A stretch of 64,000 nucleotides of DNA from an uncultured bacterium (lineage in GTDB: Bacteria; Babelota; Babeliae; Babelales; Babelaceae), in the NCBI GenBank assembly GCA_963819815.1, contig CAWFXL010000001.1:1184001-1248000 (forward strand), in the 5' to 3' direction. Below are positions 61,735-64,000 of the stretch, piece by piece. Within the stretch, counting starts at the first letter, position 1, and every line of letters begins with the position of its first letter. The notes beneath the pieces are model-generated. The model was given only the letters and a program-made list of their open reading frames with translations, ran no database searches and was not told the DNA's origin. The position numbers were made by a program, and so were the translations under genes.

Positions 61735-62307
61735 TTATATCGTTCCGTGTTCTCTTACGGTAAAAGCACCATCAGGCGATAACGTTACAGGAAGTCGCTC
61801 TAAAACCTGATTGGTTTCTACATAGATGATATTATTTCGTAACCACTCATTTTTCGCATCACTATAACGATAGAGTTCAACGATATTAAAGTCTTTCCCT
61901 GCGGTTAACTTCTTTCCTTGTGCTGTTTGATAGGTATAGTATCGTGTGCCAGGACGGGGTGTAGGCTTCATTTCAAGACCTATGTACACCATCTTTCCAT
62001 CTTGTGTAGCAAACTTATACAAAGTCTTAGCTTTAACTTTTGATGGGATCTGGAGCATCGCACTCGTTGGCGAGGTTATGGTACCAAGATCTATAAAAGA
62101 TGCTGTCATAGGATCTACATTAAATGTTGACCCTATTGCATTAAGAGTTTGTGTTTGGGTACAGCTACCGCCACCTAGGCAGGTTTGAACACCGATGATT
62201 GCTTTAATATCAACTTTTACACCGCCACCCAATGCTTGGGCATCCTTGACGTGACAAGCCAAAGCAGCGAATGTAAGTGCTGTGAGGATTTTGAATTGAT
62301 TCTTCAT
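61735..62307 (-). CDS. Secreted beta protein, NAIG/RPGT family member B
   Basis: Signal peptide, VQTCLGGGSC, LNAIG, RPGT. Confidence 0.82.
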   Translation of the reverse strand: MKNQFKILTALTFAALACHVKDAQALGGGVKVDIKAIIGVQTCLGGGSCTQTQTLNAIGSTFNVDPMTASFIDLGTITSPTSAMLQIPSKVKAKTLYKFATQDGKMVYIGLEMKPTPRPGTRYYTYQTAQGKKLTAGKDFNIVELYRYSDAKNEWLRNNIIYVETNQVLERLPVTLSPDGAFTVREHGTI

Positions 62308-62398
62308 GATTAATTCCTTTTTGTTAGATCTGTGTTTATGATGTTATTTGCGCTACTGTTCTCTATCTCAGGATGATCTTCAAATAGATCATCTTCTC

Positions 62399-62947
62399 TT
62401 ATGTGTTTATCACTGTCTGCCCAAGAAGAAACTGAGTGTCCTGTGCAGTGAAGGTTCCATCTGGCTTTACGCTAAATGGCATGTTCAGATTTCCAAAGTT
62501 GAGATTTCCAACCTCGGTCCAGGAGCCTTCTTGATCAACATTTTTTACATTCCTATACATTTTAATAACCATCTTGCCGAAGTCTTTGGTGCCGGGTCGC
62601 TGTGCTACATTATCAAAAACGAGATACACCGTTTTACCTGCAAGGTCATAACCTTGCGAAGGAACAAAGCTATAGGCCGTTCGTGTTCCAGCGGTTACCG
62701 GCAGCACAAGATCTTGATCGGGTTGTGAGAGATCAAGAGGCTGAATTTTAAGCTGACTAAGTGGTATGTTTACCTTGTCTCCAATAGCATTGACTACCTG
62801 CCTACATTTTGTTTTTGGACCACCTTTAACACCAGTACAGGACTGTATCGCTACCCGTATGTTTAATTTAAGATCAAAAAGGGCAGCTTGTATGGAGGAT
62901 ACTCCCAGTGCTGAGCCGGTTAAGATTAAGAGCATATATCTAGTCAT
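62399..62947 (-). CDS. Secreted beta protein, NAIG/RPGT family member A
   Basis: Signal peptide, IQSC...KC, VNAIG, TAYSF, RPGT, MYR..W, PDGTF. Confidence 0.8.
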   Translation of the reverse strand: MTRYMLLILTGSALGVSSIQAALFDLKLNIRVAIQSCTGVKGGPKTKCRQVVNAIGDKVNIPLSQLKIQPLDLSQPDQDLVLPVTAGTRTAYSFVPSQGYDLAGKTVYLVFDNVAQRPGTKDFGKMVIKMYRNVKNVDQEGSWTEVGNLNFGNLNMPFSVKPDGTFTAQDTQFLLGQTVINT

Positions 62948-63003
62948 CTTAATTCCTTTTATTGATTAGGCTTGTATTCATTCTTTCACTTTTCTGCTAT
63001 CCC

Positions 63004-63456
63004 TTAGGGTAATTTCATGCGTATATTAGAATTACATGTAGCTCCCGGAGCACCATTACAGATTACATGCTTATCTCCGATTGTAAGGTTTGTCTGACAG
63101 GTACCATCGGCTGGAGCCTTACATCCTTGATTCATAGATCCCCATCGAATGCATTTTCCTGATTCATCATTGGTAATGCAGGGAATGTTTGCATGTGTCG
63201 TACCTTGACTTGTGGCTGACGGAAGTATCGCATTGCATGACTTGCCCGCTTGAGCGCTACATGATGCTGAACCCAAAAAAGGAACCGAAACGTTTATTGA
63301 ACAGGGACCCTGGCATCCTTGGACCAAGCCGCCCCAAGAGGTACATTCGCCTTTACTATTTCTTTGATGACAGGGAACCTCAACGGTTACTGAGTTTTCA
63401 GCGGCTTCAAGATAGCCGAGTGTCATACTGAGTACGAACAAAACTTTCATCTTCAT
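63004..63456 (-). CDS. Secreted Cys-rich protein with two 6-Cys repeats
   Basis: PC...G.C..WG...QGC repeated twice after the signal MKMKVLFVLSMTLGYLEA. Confidence 0.8.
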   Translation of the reverse strand: MKMKVLFVLSMTLGYLEAAENSVTVEVPCHQRNSKGECTSWGGLVQGCQGPCSINVSVPFLGSASCSAQAGKSCNAILPSATSQGTTHANIPCITNDESGKCIRWGSMNQGCKAPADGTCQTNLTIGDKHVICNGAPGATCNSNIRMKLP

Positions 63457-63480
63457 AGGAATCTCCTTCTAATTTGTTAT

Positions 63481-63720
63481 TTATTCTTGCTCTTGTATCT
63501 TACATTCTGTAGGGGTTCCCCAGGTGCCGCAGGCATCTTTTTGGGCCTCCGGGCTACAATCGCGAGCAGGAATATGGTGCACGATTTTAAATATTGGCAC
63601 ATTCTTAAGTTTGCAGGATACAGATCCGGTCATATGAATTGCCTCACCGGCTACTGATTTTTCAACAGCTTCAAGATAGCCGAGTGTCATACCGAGTATG
63701 AACAAAATTTTCATCTTCAT
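63481..63720 (-). CDS. Secreted 79-aa 4-Cys mini-protein
   Basis: Same signal peptide as 63004-63456; mature domain MTGSVSC...IPARDCS.EAQ.DACG.WGTPTECKI. Confidence 0.78.
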   Translation of the reverse strand: MKMKILFILGMTLGYLEAVEKSVAGEAIHMTGSVSCKLKNVPIFKIVHHIPARDCSPEAQKDACGTWGTPTECKIQEQE

Positions 63721-63732
63721 AGTTACTTATCC

Positions 63733-64000
63733 TTATTGTTGTTGGTTTTTGCGCAACTGTTCTTGTCGTATTTTTTCAATGTCGAGTATCTTACATTCAG
63801 TGGGAGTTCCCCAGACGCCACAAGCATCTCTTTGCGCCTCTTGGCTACAATCTCGAGCCGGAATATGTCCCACAATTTTTTGGGGTAAAATATTAACTCT
63901 GCAGGATACGGATCCGGTCATAGGTATGACTTCCGCCCATGCCTTGAGTGCATTAGGATCGCCCCACGTTTGGCAAGAAAGAACTTTGCCTGCACTAGGA
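63733..64000 (-). CDS. C-terminal part of a Cys-rich protein that starts beyond the window
   Basis: Frame open to the edge: ...PSAGKVLSCQTWGDPNALKAWAEVIP-MTGSVSC...WGTPTECKI; same domain as 63481-63720. Confidence 0.75.
   Translation of the reverse strand, partial: PSAGKVLSCQTWGDPNALKAWAEVIPMTGSVSCRVNILPQKIVGHIPARDCSQEAQRDACGVWGTPTECKILDIEKIRQEQLRKNQQQ

Noticed and set aside
59961..62947. Array members as lipoprotein substrates of the adjacent Lnt
   Set aside because: No conserved canonical lipobox; the Cys in member B's leader is Tyr in its close copy D.

Overview
Gene-dense bacterial chromosome segment (standard code 11) with the signature of an intracellular parasite of eukaryotes. It carries a TLC-family nucleotide (ATP/ADP) translocase, type II secretion genes, many orphan proteins with MKK-type signal peptides and an ATAD3-like AAA ATPase. 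The best-fitting lineage is Babelota/Dependentiae (TM6); this is an inference from gene content, not a search result. Housekeeping genes include gspD/gspC/pilM-like, moxR, mlaEF, secG, tpiA, clpB, uvrC, an amino-acid ABC transporter, atpDC, lon, murJ, acpS, lnt and tRNA-fMet. Accessory blocks are interleaved with them: (i) two tandemly duplicated pairs of secreted proteins; (ii) MNT-HEPN toxin-antitoxin genes; (iii) a 46-56 kb candidate host-manipulation island holding a clan-CD-like (HG...SC) protein, two papain-fold paralogs with a very large helical insert (one lacks the catalytic Cys; a compact relative sits at 28.7 kb) and the ATAD3-like ATPase; (iv) a 60-64 kb operon of five paralogous secreted all-beta proteins plus Cys-rich mini-proteins, coupled to lnt, which may encode an undescribed surface fibre. 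Several genes (atpD, herA-like, M23 peptidase, lnt) are broken by mostly +1 single-base insertions that look like sequencing error. No CRISPR array, rRNA, transposase or prophage was seen.
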